64,000 bases of DNA from Octopus bimaculoides (GCF_001194135.2 NC_068995.1:41149296-41213295); one strand, 5' to 3'. Positions 13,461 to 25,939 are shown, numbered from the stretch's first letter. The notes: generated from the sequence alone by a model not told the origin. Program-made: numbers and translations.

Positions 13461-15810
13461 AAATATATGCATGAAAAATACCTGTTAAATAATGGAATCA
13501 ATGTTATCGATTAACCTCTCCCCTCGAAAATTTTACTGGTTTTGTTCTGAAGTAATCGGTAAGAAAGAAGCGGGAATAGTACAAAATCTCCCCTTAATAT
13601 TTTGGCGGTGGTGGTATTTGAAATCTGCCCAAAGATCTTGAAATAAAAGAAGAAAGACAGGAAACATTTTATAATGGATACGCTATATCTGAAAATAAAA
13701 GTGATGGTCATATCTGGAAGGTTTTTTTTTTTTGACTATAAGTCTTTTCGATTAAGAGTTGAAATGGGACAAAGAAAACCTCTCTCAATGAGGGTGCCCT
13801 CTACATGGTTACTAAACCTGCTAAAAATAGCAGCCAAATCTCTCTCAACCTTCGTCCTAGAAAAAGTTACAGGTGATGTCTTCTTGGGTACACTCTATCT
13901 TGGGAAAATATGGAGATGTTCACGGTTGGAACGTCTTTGATCATAGATTTGTCTGTTGACTGGGGTTGTAAAACAACATACGTAACGGTTTGGCAACGGC
14001 GTCCCGCGAAAGAGAGAGCGAGAAACACTAAAAGGGGTGATAATGTTTAACCGAAGGTTAGGCGTTATAAAGTAATCCTATGATCAAAGACGTTCCACCT
14101 TTGGCTACCATATCTCTTTTTTTTTTCTGTATTTGAGATAGTAGGAGTGGTGGGGCTATGTGATTAGAGGCAGATTTCGCTGCTGTTTCTAGCAAGATCT
14201 AGCGACTGCATAGCAACTTCTTCATTCTTCATGAGGGGGAGGTAAGTAGCTGCAGAAAAACCAACCAATCAGAATTAATGTTACATTGTGTGTTTGGCTG
14301 ATTCCAAAACTTCCTTCCATACGGGAGGCAATTGGTGGGAGATAACGACTAAAGCTTTGGTTCCACCGCCGCCACCATCACCACCACAACTGTTGCGACT
14401 ACCACTACTACTCCTTAGCTACAACAATAACATTACAGCTAACGATAGTAGTAACTACTGCAGCAGTGTTAGACTCGGCTGGGATAACTTTTTTACCTGA
14501 GTCTTAGAAACAAGTCTGTGCACTGTATATATACATATATACACATATATATAGATATATATATTTATGTTTGTATATGATTTAGTAGTTGTAATAAATA
14601 ATGCTTTGAATGAAAACGAAGGACAGCGAAACAAAATAAGAAAATAACTAAACTGGTGCCTTACATATATTCATACATACATATACACATATATATATAT
14701 AATATATATGTGTGTATATGTATGTGCGTATATATGCCTTGGAAAGAGACGAGGATAACATACATGATAGACAGGATTTCATCTTGTGGATTACATAATA
14801 ATTACTGGAATAACAGACATCAAAGAGAACTGGAAACAGAAACAGAAACCCCCATTTTGATATACCTTACTTTCCAAGGGACCAAGCTTAATTAATTGTT
14901 TCTTGTGTCACCCCCACTGTTCCCTTAATTTGTTTTATTTGTTGCGTGCCGCTTTCCGGAAGAAAGAATGTATTTCTTTGAAGAAGAAATGACTAAATTT
15001 ATGAACAATTTACTGGTCTCCATCTGAAGAAATATTAGACAGGTTATAAACAAAATAACATAAAAAAAAAACAAGCAAAAAAAAAAAGACAACCTTTACA
15101 AAATGCGGAATTTCCGTTTTATTCCAAGATGTGGCATTACATCATCACATCTCACTCCACAAACTCATTAACACATCACTTCACCGTAAACCACATCGTT
15201 TCTCCCCAAAAGAACACGTTACACAGCACTGACTCAACACCTACAATTTTAATCACCTAAATATTTTCCCTAAACCCAAAATACACCCAGAAAATTAAAG
15301 AAACACACGCATAAAGCTGCAACCATTTTTAAAGAATCTAAGTTTCTTCTAGAATTTCTGTATAATTTTGAGAAATGAATGGGGCTTTCTTTTCACTAGA
15401 AATTATTCTATGTTGAGTTTATTGTGACTAATATATTAAGTGGGCACTTAGAAAGACCTAGACTAGGGATAATTGATTTGTTTAATTTAACCCTTGTGTA
15501 TTATATGTCAGGACAGTTCTTGTGTCCCGGCAAGAAATATTTGGCGAGTTTATTAATGCAGATATAGTCAAGATTAACCTTAGTGATTAGTCGATGATTT
15601 AATGTAGACTTAGGCGAAATAACCCTTGAACAATGTGGTTATTTTATTGTTACCTTGACCACGTCTGAGATAACGCGGTTAGTTTGTTGAAGAGGTGCAA
15701 TCCCGGAATATGTGAATATTTCATTAAGAGATAGGTTAGGTTGAAAGACTCGCATTGTTTGTGCATTACCTCTGGAAAAAAGTCTTCGACGGGGAGTAAT
15801 ATAATTAAGG

Positions 15811-15850
15811 GGGAAAAAAAGGGCGGGGAGCTGTCAGTTACGTCATATAT
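15811..15850 (+). promoter_or_regulatory. Candidate SCAPER proximal promoter: GC box and CRE-like site
   Basis: GGGCGGGG at 15821-15828 and TTACGTCA at 15838-15845, in non-repetitive DNA ~150-180 nt upstream of ATG 16000. Motif match only. Confidence 0.35.
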
Positions 15851-15999
15851 TTGAAGGACCGAACTTCTCGAATATAGGAATTGTTTAAATTAACGAACTG
15901 GACCAGTAATATGTGAATTTATTTCAAGGATTCCACCCTGACTCAAAGTTAAACCCTCTATTTTAACCCTAATTTCTCCAAATAAAGTCAAGTAGGGAT

Positions 16000-16311
16000 A
16001 TGAGTGAGTCGAAGAGGAAGAAAGCAGCGGCTGTGCAAAATGTTGACTACGTTATCCAGGTTCGAACCGGACCGACAGCAGTACATCAACCACCAACATC
16101 CAACGGGGGTGACGGATTTAGTAACACCACTAGTACCACAAATAACTGCAACAACACCACCAGTGCCACTTTTTCTAACAGTACGACGAACAACAACAAC
16201 AGTAACAACGCACATTATCATCATGCATATAATTGTTATCACCATCATCATCATCATCACCAGAGGGGACGGAGAAGTATGGCTGCTTTGAACCAAAATA
16301 ATGGCAGGACC
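16000..16311 (+). CDS. SCAPER: Probable first coding exon of SCAPER (MSESKRKK...HHHHHHH...MAALNQNNGRT)
   Basis: ATG at 16000, open for 104 codons, then a strong donor ACC|GTAAGT at 16312 (phase 0). The next recognised exon starts at 28916 in phase 0 and in frame. A GC box lies ~170 nt upstream. No homology recognised for this peptide, so the linkage is inference. Confidence 0.6.
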
Positions 16312-16572
16312 GTAAGTGTCACCCCTCTCATCCTCATCATCTTCTCTGTTCTATGGATGTGTGTGTGTATGTATGCGTGCATTGTAGATATGTGTATGTA
16401 TGTATCCATGTATTTGTACGTGTATACAATTATGTACGCAAGTTTGAATGTATAATTTTGTAATCCTGTATATGCATTGTGTATGGGTATATATGTATAT
16501 ACAATACAGGTATACTTTGTTAAATTGTTTTTTTTTAGCCTTTTTCTGTAAACCTCCCTCCAACCCGGTCAG

Positions 16573-16690
16573 CATATTCTGATTCCCTCCCCCCGACCTC
16601 GTCGACATATTCTGGTCCCCTCCTCCGACCCCGTCGGCATATTCTGGTCCCCTCCTCCGACCCCGACGGCATATTCTGATCCCTTCCCCC
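16573..16690. repeat. 32-33 bp GC-rich minisatellite, ~3.7 units
   Basis: Unit CATATTCTGGTCCCCTCCTCCGACCCCGTCGG starts at 16573, 16606, 16638 and 16670. Confidence 0.92.
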
Positions 16691-17192
16691 ATATATGATA
16701 AGAAATATTGTCTAAACAACACTGACATAAAGTTAAGACATTTTATTAACTTGAAACTAAATCAAAATAATCTTTAGACAAACAGTGCCAATAATGGTAA
16801 GTTTTCTACTTTGAAAAAAAAAAAAAAATTCTTGACTGGAAATGTCAAATTTTCTCAGAGGAATACTGAAATATCTCTACCCAGCTCCTACCCCACAGGT
16901 TAAGAATGGTGAAATTCTCTTCTTGGAGAATAATGAATAAATGAAAACCATTGAAATGGTGCAGGGGGTTACAGAATAGCTGTTCCTTCAAGATCGTCAT
17001 GACAAAAAAAAAAGCGGGGGTACGGAAATAAAGGGCAAGGTTTATTTAAAATTCTAATTATGGGGTAAAAATAGTTCTTTACGAATGTAATTTGCTGTGT
17101 ACAGAACACAGGAATATTTTTAAAAAATGAAGTGGAGAAACTGTACCCTTTTCCTGTCACCATGAGGTATGGGACTTCTAAGCAGAAACTTC

Positions 17193-17378
17193 AGTAAATT
17201 TTCAGATTAACACCCACACGATTTTCACTAGGGTGTTAGGATTAAGGTTTTAGGGTTTAGGTTTTAAGGTTAGGGTTAGGGACGGAATTTCCTAACCCTA
17301 AAACCCTAACCTTGATCCTAAAACCCTAATCCTAGCACCCTAGTGAAAATCGTGCAGGTGTTAATCTGAAAATTTACT
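17193..17378. mobile_element. 186-bp foldback element with telomere-like (TTAGGG-variant) arms
   Basis: Terminal AGTAAATTTTCAGATTAACACC / GGTGTTAATCTGAAAATTTACT form a perfect 22-bp inverted repeat. The inner arms remain complementary with ttagggtt/aaccctaa runs. Confidence 0.85.
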
Positions 17379-17772
17379 TCTTTGTGGGCTTTTACCTTTG
17401 CTCCTTCTGGAGGTGGGGTTTGATAAAGTAACTGGTCAGGCACAGAGGTTGATAGAACAATTTGTACTTACTCTAATATATGGCTTAAGATAATATCAAT
17501 ATTGTTGCTCTAGCCTAATCTTAATCTGGGCTATGGTGTGCATGTTGTCATTGGCATTAACTCATATCCGAGTGGTTAATCTATAGTGAGTGATTGAGCG
17601 TCTTCATCTTGATGGGTGCAAATGGTGTCAGTGCCTGAGGTGGCTGTTTGGGTCAAGGGTGTTATGGAGGAGCCAGAGGCATTTATCGCAAGGGAAGGTT
17701 GGTAGGGTACGAGGAAATCTGAGTCGCTCTTTGATGTCTGATTTCTGCCTCTTGAAATCTGTTATTTTCCTG

Positions 17773-17997
17773 TTTCTTTATTGCCCACAAGGGGCTAAAC
17801 ATAGAGGGGACAAACAAGGACACACAAAGGGATTAAGTCTATTACATCGATCCCCAGTGTGCAACTGGTACTTAATTTATCGACCCCGAAAGAATGAAAG
17901 GCAAAGTCGACCTCGGCGGAATTTGAACTCAGAACATAACGGCAGATGAAATACTGCTAAGCATTTCGCCCGGCGTGCTGACGTTTCTGCCAGCTCT
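17773..17997 (-). mobile_element. SINE family B, near full length
   Basis: Reverse complement of the 2213-2444 element. Confidence 0.9.
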
Positions 17998-18099
17998 CCG
18001 CAGAAATATGTTATTTTCCATTAGGTCTGTTCCTTTGACAATGACATGCTCCCATTTTGGGCAGTCTCTCTTTCCCTCAATCTGTTCCTCTCACTCACT

Positions 18100-18590
18100 C
18101 TTTCTCCTCTTCTCTCTCTCTCTCTCTGTTCTTCTCTTTGCAGCTGGGTAACCATGTATCTCCTCCATAGTAAAACATCTGTTTTTGCCTCTCAGTCTCA
18201 CTGAAACCGTTCATCATCTGACACAAGATAACCTCCCCCCTAATGCTCCTTCCCCTCTCACATATTCCTTGTCTTGCAAGTTACTTGGTAACTCTGCTGG
18301 TGCTGGTGCCACATAAAAAGCATTCAGTCCACACTGTGAAATGGTTGGCATTTTGAAAAGCATCTAGCTGTAAAAGCCATGCCAAAACTGTCCTCATCTG
18401 TGTTGGTGCCATGTAAAAAGCACTCAGTCCACTCCGCGGGGTGGTTGGTGTTAGAAAGGGTATCCAGCTGTAAATATCATGCCAAAGCAGACACAGAATC
18501 CTGGTGTAGTCTTCTACTTGACCGGCTTATGTCAAACCGTCCAGCCCATGCCAGCATGGAAGGCAGATGTTAAATGATGATGATGATGAT
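18100..18590 (+). mobile_element. Retroposon with family C 3' module ending GTTAAATGATGATGATG
   Basis: Shared 3' module ...CCAGCATGGAA.GC.GA.GTTAAA(TGA)n. The upstream CT-rich part is shared with ~30500-30830. Confidence 0.75.
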
Positions 18591-18639
18591 GAAAGCAGCA
18601 GAGGAGAATAACCTTGAGCTGCTCTTGGAAACAGAATTT

Positions 18640-18850
18640 AAGGGCTCTATGTAGTCTGGTGCCTAAGGTCAACTCCACAAAGAGGGGCTGATGCAGAGGT
18701 GTATTTGAAGCGTATGTATGATGTGTTTTGACCAGCAGAGGTGGTGTCGTGCCATTGTAGCTTCAATGCGGGAACCTTTTCATTGGTAATATAGTCCTGC
18801 CATCGAATCCTCATGTGTCTATATACATGTGATTTGGTGATCAATGAAAC
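18640..18850 (-). mobile_element. RTE-like LINE ORF C-terminal relic
   Basis: Minus-strand MRIRWQDYITNEKV resembles the RTE-clade RRI..I.WQD.ITNEEVL motif. Short and degenerate. Confidence 0.55.
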
Positions 18851-19019
18851 TCTAATATTTATCTTTATAAAATGTCATCAACATCAGGATGTGCAGCTCA
18901 AGGAAACCATAGAAACACTTTGACAACCACCCATCTCTCCTTCCTTGTTCCCATATCATTGGTCATCTGGGAAGACTGCAGTCTTTTGTCCATCTGCTTT
19001 ATGAAATTATCCATGTTTT

Positions 19020-19222
19020 GCAGAAACGTTAGCACGCCGGGCGATATGCTTAGCAGTATTTCGTCTGCCACTATGTTCTGAGTTCAAATTCTGCCGAGGT
19101 CGACTTTGCCTTTCATCCTTTCGGGGCTGATTAAATAAATACCAGTTACGCACTGGGGTCGATATAATCGACTTAATCCGTTTGTCCCCTCTGTGTGTAG
19201 CCCCTTGTGGGTAGTAAAGAAG
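19020..19222 (+). mobile_element. 5'-truncated SINE family B
   Basis: CAGAAACGTTAGCACGCCGGGCG...CCCCTTGTGGGTAGTAAAGAA. Confidence 0.88.
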
Positions 19223-19223
19223 T

Positions 19224-19950
19224 AATGGTGATAAAATGATATTATCTCTGTCATCCAAGGGTTCGCAATTACATTCTTTTCTCTCCAAGGACCATGTCTT
19301 CTCTCAGAAGCCATTGTTTTTTCATCCTGTGCTCATCCATAGATCTACTATTACAAAGACAGATAAAGCAGGAATATTTAGTGTATCCACTCAGCTGACC
19401 CAGGAGAAAATTCATCATCTTAAGATCCTCACAGATTAGCCATTGGTGATCATGGTATAATATTTTTTACAAGACCAGAGCAACTGTCTCATGCTGCTCA
19501 GTCATCTTAATTGAGTGACCAATTGGAATTGATCCATATTTGTTGGTATTGTGTAGAAGCACGCCTTTTAATTTTTGCTTAGAACCATCTGTGAATAACT
19601 TCCGTTCACTTGGTACATATTTTAACAAACCGACTTTCATCAGCAAACCTTGAGCATTGTTGCAAAAACATGAAATCATTTTCCTCTGAGAAGAATAGTG
19701 AATCCATTTCTCTGTTGCAATAGTGCATGATTTTGGTACATTTATTAAGTACATTATCTCAAAATCTACAGATGCTAGAATCAAATGATGGTCATATTCT
19801 TATTCAGTGGCATGAATATACTGAGAATCAGATGTAAAATCTGAGGTACCAAGAAGTAATTGCTAAAATTCCTTCTCTTGTGAAGAGCACTAACCGTAGG
19901 TTAAATCTCTGACAGACAGGTATGTTGTTCAGATATCAAGTCTTGTGCTA
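19224..19950 (-). pseudogene. DNA transposase relic, Chapaev3-like (CMC superfamily)
   Basis: Minus strand reads FCNNAQGLL...RKLFTDGSKQKLKGVLLHNTNKYGSIPIGHS...VL*KILYHDHQWLICEDLKMMNFLLGQLSGYTKYSCFICL...EPLDDRDNIILSP, with an in-frame stop and frameshifts. The protein family is recognised with confidence; the Chapaev3 label is from memory. Confidence 0.75.
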
Positions 19951-20165
19951 TCATTTCCTAAAACACCACAGAAACCAGGATAAGCGTCATCCTAATAGGC
20001 TGATAGACTTAAGACAAACTTCAATTTTATGTAAAACTGCATTGTCTGACATGTCCTTTCCTTGTTCAAGATTTTAAGTTGTGAATTCAAGAAGATTTAA
20101 ACAAACATCACCTTCATATAAGCAGTGTCCCTCATTTCCAATCTTGGGAAATATTACTTGGATAA

Positions 20166-20349
20166 AATGGTGATAAAATGATATTATCTCTGTCATCCAA
20201 GGGTTCTCAATTACATTCTTTTCTCTCCAAGGACCATGTCTTCTCTCAGAAGCCATTGTTTTTTCATCCTGTGCTCATCCATAGATCTACTATTACAAAG
20301 ACAGATAAAGCAGGAATATTTAGTGTATCCACTCAGCTGACCCAGGAGA
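20166..20349 (-). repeat. 184-bp direct duplicate of 19224-19407 (transposase segment)
   Basis: Identical apart from one substitution seen (gttcgcaatt vs gttctcaatt). Confidence 0.95.
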
Positions 20350-20620
20350 GCATCTGGATGTAAAAAATTCTGCTTGGACAATTTCTGTCTGCTCCAGACA
20401 AACAGAAAAGTCAATGTTAAAATGCAGATTTGTCATATTTTCCTCAATTATTCCAACAGACGAGGGTAGGTGACAGCCAGAGCATGTGAATGTAGAAAAT
20501 CTGCCATGACAAATTTTGTCTGCTCCATGCAAGCATGGAAAAATCAGTGTTAAAACAAGGATTTGTCATGTTGTTTCCAATGCTACTGTGAATGGGATTT
20601 TTTTCTCTCTTTTGTTTCCT

Positions 20621-20654
<34 letters not shown>

Positions 20655-21257
20655 AATTACGGATATTTGCATATTGCTGAAGGTCTTACTGTAGCCAGAC
20701 ATCGTTGCTACTGCTATATGACTCAGCAGGTGGAACTTGGTAATCAGCCAGGCAGATTGTGGCGAGAGCAGTTGCAATTTGAACATTTTTACCTCGTAAG
20801 ATTTGATCTCCCGATCACGAAGTCATTAGTCCAGTCTACTTTATCTCACATTCATTATATCGACATATATCGAAACCGGAATATGTTATCTCTGAAGTTT
20901 ACTCGGACTGAGCAACCCCCACCAGCACGGAAGTAGGAGGTGGAATGCAGCTAATGGATGCAGCAGCAACATCACTGCATGCTTATCATCTCATGGTCAT
21001 TTTGTTCTTTCTGCACAGCATCCCGTCTACTTCTCAACTGGTTGCTATGCAATCTAACTTGATGCTAGGTGCAGTACCATAGCCCTTTACCATTTTTATT
21101 TTGCAGTCTCAGATCCTTAAAAGTAATTCTTTGGACAGTTTGCACCTCACTCCACGTACATTGGGCCACCACAGAAACTTCTAAAGGGTTGTGTGCTTGG
21201 CTTGAAATAGCAGCTGAATCCCCCTCAAATCACACCCTACAGACTTGGAAGAGGACA

Positions 21258-22513
21258 TCTATATATATAAAAATGAGAATGTGTGTCTGTCTGTCTGCCT
21301 GTCTGTGTGTGTGAATCCCTAAAACTCAAGAACTACGCAACCAATTTCATTCAAATTTTACAGATGCCTTACTTAGGGTTCCAGTTGTGTTATAGTCAAA
21401 AAAATTTTAAAACTTCTTGCAGAGTTCGAGCCCATGGCAACATAATATCTCCTCCACTATTTAAGTATTACGTGTCAAAAATGAAACAAAAACACTCATG
21501 TCAAATACTTTCACTTTAAAAATGAAACTATTCCACTAACTGAAACAATCACACTTCGATACTGNNNNNNNNNNNNNNNNNNNNNNNNNNNNNNNNNNNN
21601 NNNNNNNNNNNNNNNNNNNNNNNNNNNNNNNNNNNNNNNNNNNNNNNNNNNNNNNNNNNNNNNNNNNNNNNNNNNNNNNNNNNNNNNNNNNNNNNNNNNN
21701 NNNNNNNNNNNNNNNNNNNNNNNNNNNNNNNNNNNNNNNNNNNNNNNNNNNNNNNNNNNNNNNNNNNNNNNNNNNNNNNNNNNNNNNNNNNNNNNNNNNN
21801 NNNNNNNNNNNNNNNNNNNNNNNNNNNNNNNNNNNNNNNNNNNNNNNNNNNNNNNNNNNNNNNNNNNNNNNNNNNNNNNNNNNNNNNNNNNNNNNNNNNN
21901 NNNNNNNNNNNNNNNNNNNNNNNNNNNNNNNNNNNNNNNNNNNNNNNNNNNNNNNNNNNNNNNNNNNNNNNNNNNNNNNNNNNNNNNNNNNNNNNNNNNN
22001 NNNNNNNNNNNNNNNNNNNNNNNNNNNNNNNNNNNNNNNNNNNNNNNNNNNNNNNNNNNNNNNNNNNNNNNNNNNNNNNNNNNNNNNNNNNNNNNNNNNN
22101 NNNNNNNNNNNNNNNNNNNNNNNNNNNNNNNNNNNNNNNNNNNNNNNNNNNNNNNNNNNNNNNNNNNNNNNNNNNNNNNNNNNNNNNNNNNNNNNNNNNN
22201 NNNNNNNNNNNTGAGAGGCTGGTTGTTCTAAGACATTTATCGATTGTAAATTTTGTCTGCACAGTTACCTATCGGTATCGTGGTCATTTGCAAACTCCAG
22301 AGGCGACACTTTCATTTCCTTTTACTCCAAACGTCACACGTTGTTATTTCAGTTGGGTCATGCCCTTCCAATTGCTATAGATCCGTAATGCATCTTACAG
22401 CTGTGCCTGTCACCTGTATGGTGAGGAATCCTACATGTATTGGGAATGTGTGTGTGTGTGTCTGTCTGTCTGTGTGAATCCCTAACCTGGGCAACGCCTG
22501 GTATTTCTGCTAG
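21258..22513 (+). mobile_element. Non-autonomous Helitron-like element spanning an N-gap
   Basis: 5' a|TCTATATATATAAAAATGAGAATGTGTGTCTGTCTG and 3' CCTGGGCAACGCCTGGTATTTCTGCTAG|t. TC...CTAG termini inserted between A and T, with a GC-rich subterminal hairpin-like motif. Confidence 0.7.
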
Positions 22514-23689
22514 TATTGGATAAATGTGTTTTGGATTCCTTGCGTATAGGAAAAAGACAGGATGGCCAGAGTTGGATTGCCTTTGATTATAAGTTTACTC
22601 AATCGACACTGACCTTGGGCTAAACAATGAGTAATTGTATGAGTGATTAAGAGGAAAAATGGCGTTGTTTGTAAAGGCTGGTGTTGTTGTTTAGCCCTGG
22701 GTCAGATATGATCAAGCAACTATGACCATCCCATCCTGTCTTTTTGTATATTCAGGATTATAGTATTTTATATATCCTTCCCTGTTTTAAATGGCCAGGT
22801 CTTTCGAGGGGAAGTAGCTGTTATTTCTAGCAGATTGAGTAGGTTGCATAGAAGTTTCTTCTTTGACTTGTGCGTGTGTATGTGCGTGTGTTGGATGACA
22901 TATCTGTAATGAACCAATTAGTCAGGTTTTGTTGACAAGATATTAGGTTGGTTTTAATTGCTGCCAGTATATTATTATTGATCTGATGCAGTTCAATATA
23001 TTGATCTTTTAAAGAAAAACATCAATTTCTTACATAGACTAGACTGTTTTAGATGTATGGGAGAAGGGAAGGAAATGAAAATACCAAACTGTACGATTGT
23101 CTTGGGCATTTAATGGCATATGGTCACCTTTGCATCTAAGAAGGGCTGAAATTGTATGTAATACCCATGAGAATAGATGTTGTCATTGTTGTTTAGTTCA
23201 TTAGCATTCAGCCTTAATTAACCAGCCATCACCATCCTCCAAGACTAAATTATCTAATGTGTCTCCAACTTTTTTTTTAAAGATAGTTGTGTGTGATTTC
23301 TTAGAAATTTTGGCTGCTATGTCTAGCAGACTGAGCAGCCAGATAGTGTTTCTCTTTGGCTCAGTGGAAATTGATTGGTTGAGACAGTTGACTGCTTCTC
23401 ATTTGCAGTGGTCGAGGGATGTAGATTTAGAAGAGTACTGCCGGACAAAAGATCTAAAACGAGTTAGGTCTTTTTTATGTTCTTTAAAAGTTGATCAAAA
23501 TAAATACAAATCAAAAACTGGGGTCTAGTTGAATATCTTTCCCCTCTACAAAATTATGGCTTTATACCTATATCAGAAGCCATTCTTGTTATTATTTTTC
23601 TTTGAATCTGCAAGTTGGATGCAATCACTTGCTGAGATACCCTAGAGTAAGTGAAGATTAAGAGATGTTGAAAGCCTGGGGAGGACAGT

Positions 23690-24005
23690 ACAGAAATACA
23701 TTCATATAACACGACGCAAATGTTTAAATTAAATAGGTGTTTTCTAACAATGTAGGCAGTACTTGTCAACAAAATCTTTTGGATTTCTTTGAAATATGGT
23801 TCTCCTGGGATGTTGCCTAGATTTTTCTGACATCCCCTTTTTATCATTCCTAGGCTACCCCACAATAACAGGAACAGTTTTTGCTTTAAGATGCACCATC
23901 TTTTGTATTTCACTTTCCAAGCCCTTTTGTTTTGCTAAGATTGTCAAATTCCTTTACATATTATCAGTGGGAACACGTCTATCAATCTACAAGTATTTTC
24001 TTCCC
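23690..24005 (-). mobile_element. Second RLE-type (R4/Dong-like) LINE 3' relic
   Basis: Minus strand: ID..VPTDN...LESEIQKM...GSLGMIKRGCQKNLGNIPGEPYFKEIQKILLTSTAYIVRK. Confidence 0.78.
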
Positions 24006-25101
24006 TATCTCTAATAATTATGTCTGGTTGATTATTATTATTATTATTAGGAGATTGATGGAATCCTTAGTGTTTTGCATTAAATGCCTTGTGGTATTTC
24101 TTCTGCCTCTTTATGCTTTTACTTCATATCCCACTGAGTTCAATTTTGTGTTCATCCTTCTGGGATTGATAAAATAATGTACAAGTAGAGTACTGGAGGT
24201 CATATAATTGGCTGTTCTCCACTCCAAAAATTTCAGGTCTTATACCCAAATCAGAGACAATTACTTAAGGCTGGTGGATTGGCAGTCATGAGAACATTGA
24301 ACAAAATAGCTTGCGGCATTTGTTGTAGTTCTGTGATCCGAGTTCAAATTCTGCCAAAGTCAACTTTGCCTTTCATCCTCCCAGGGTCGATAAAATAAAG
24401 TGCAATTTGGTCCAAATGATTATAAAAGAGTGAGCTTTGCTCTAAGGAGTTGGTAGACATTGGTGTTAAAGAAAGTGATGAGCTAAACCATACATTTTGA
24501 ATACTCTTTTGCTGGTGGTTGTCTAAATAAGCAAAGGGCTTGAAATTTGGGGTGTGGTGTCTAATTAATTACATCAACCCATTGGGGATATCAGTAAAGT
24601 ATTGATTTTACTGATATCTAGTTTATTGACCCCCAAAAGGAAAAGTTGACCTTGGAGGAATTTGAACTCAGAATACCAAGCCAGAAGAAATACCTCAAAG
24701 CATTTTATTCCACCGTGCTTAATGATTCTGCCAGCTTGCCAATAAGTCATATTGCAAATATTAGAATATTTTGAAATATTTGGAGAATTTCAAATATTGG
24801 ACTATTCTGAAGATTCTGTTTACCATGGCCAAAGGAATGAGTCGTCTTCTTAGTTATTTCTTGATTTTTTTCTGTTTCTGTATTTTTTTTTTTGTTTTTT
24901 CATATTGGTTTAAAGAAAATGATTTGATTATGAAATTTCAATTAATGCTCTAATTGCTGGATGTTAGACCAAAATGTGTGTATGTGGATATGTCTGTCTG
25001 TCTGTATGTATGTATAAAATATGAGTTTGCATCTGTAAAAGAACATGAAAAAAATATGGAATATACTTGATAGAATTAACCACTACGCCATAAGCCCGTG
25101 G

Positions 25102-25325
25102 GTATATGGCGTAGTGGTTAAGAGCATGGGTTACTAACCCCAAAATTCCAAGTTCGATTCCAGGCAGTGACCTGAATAATTATAATAATATCGAAAAACA
25201 CCTTAGGAATAAGAACCCAGGTTCGAAATTTCCCCTAGACATCTGATGAAGGCTGGTGGGTATATCAGCCGAAACATAACAACAAACAAGATGAGGACAA
25301 ATATCCGTCAGTTGTAAATAATGTA
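25102..25325 (+). mobile_element. tRNA-derived SINE family F, preceded by an inverted copy of its own 5' end
   Basis: ATGGCGTAGTGGTTAAGAGC (A box) and AAGTTCGATTCCAGG (B box). The tail CTGATGAAGGCTGG...CCGAAAC resembles Penelope-type 3' ends (inference). Confidence 0.72.
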
Positions 25326-25939
25326 GAATTAGTGGAGTTTATTCGTATTTTCAAAACTGGAGCATCAGTTTGTTAAATGAGTTTCTCGTTAATATCATGT
25401 TCCAAAATCATCACCACCATCATCATAACTATTTGATGTCTGTTTTTCTATGTTGGCATGGGTTGGACTCACCTTGAATAATGAAATATTAGTGTTGAAG
25501 GGAAGCTTCAGCTTTGAATAGATGTGTGTATACTCTATTTGTAGGTTAAGAATGCAACCAATGGTTTCATGTGAAGTGTTCCTCACAATTGTTTAAGCAT
25601 GCCACATGTAAATGTTGGTACTCATCTCCATTTTGTTGAGACACACACACACAGGTGCATGTGTTCACGCACGTGTGCACTTGCAGATGTATGAAGTATT
25701 GTATTATCATTATCATCATCTTCATTGTTTTAATGTGCACTTTTCCATGCTTGCATGGATCTAGGGAATTCATTGGGGTAGATTTTCTTCAGCAGGATGC
25801 CCTTCCTGTCACCAGCCATCATCTGTTTCAATGTAATATTTACCCTCAGCATGGCATGTTTTATGGAAGATGGGTAATGAAGTACACTTCTTGTTTGATA
25901 GTGATGTTTGTGTAAAATCATCACTTGGTACCAAGATTT

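Noticed and set aside
15100-15300. First exon of a divergent gene upstream of SCAPER
   Set aside because: Only weak splice motifs and an ETS-like TTCCGGAA at ~14954; no downstream exons identified.
16573-16690. Regularly spaced repeats as a CRISPR array (also 56110-56715)
   Set aside because: Units are contiguous with no unique spacers, the context is eukaryotic, and there are no cas genes.
17230-17345. True telomere or chromosome-fusion site
   Set aside because: Repeats are short, degenerate and enclosed by non-telomeric inverted termini.
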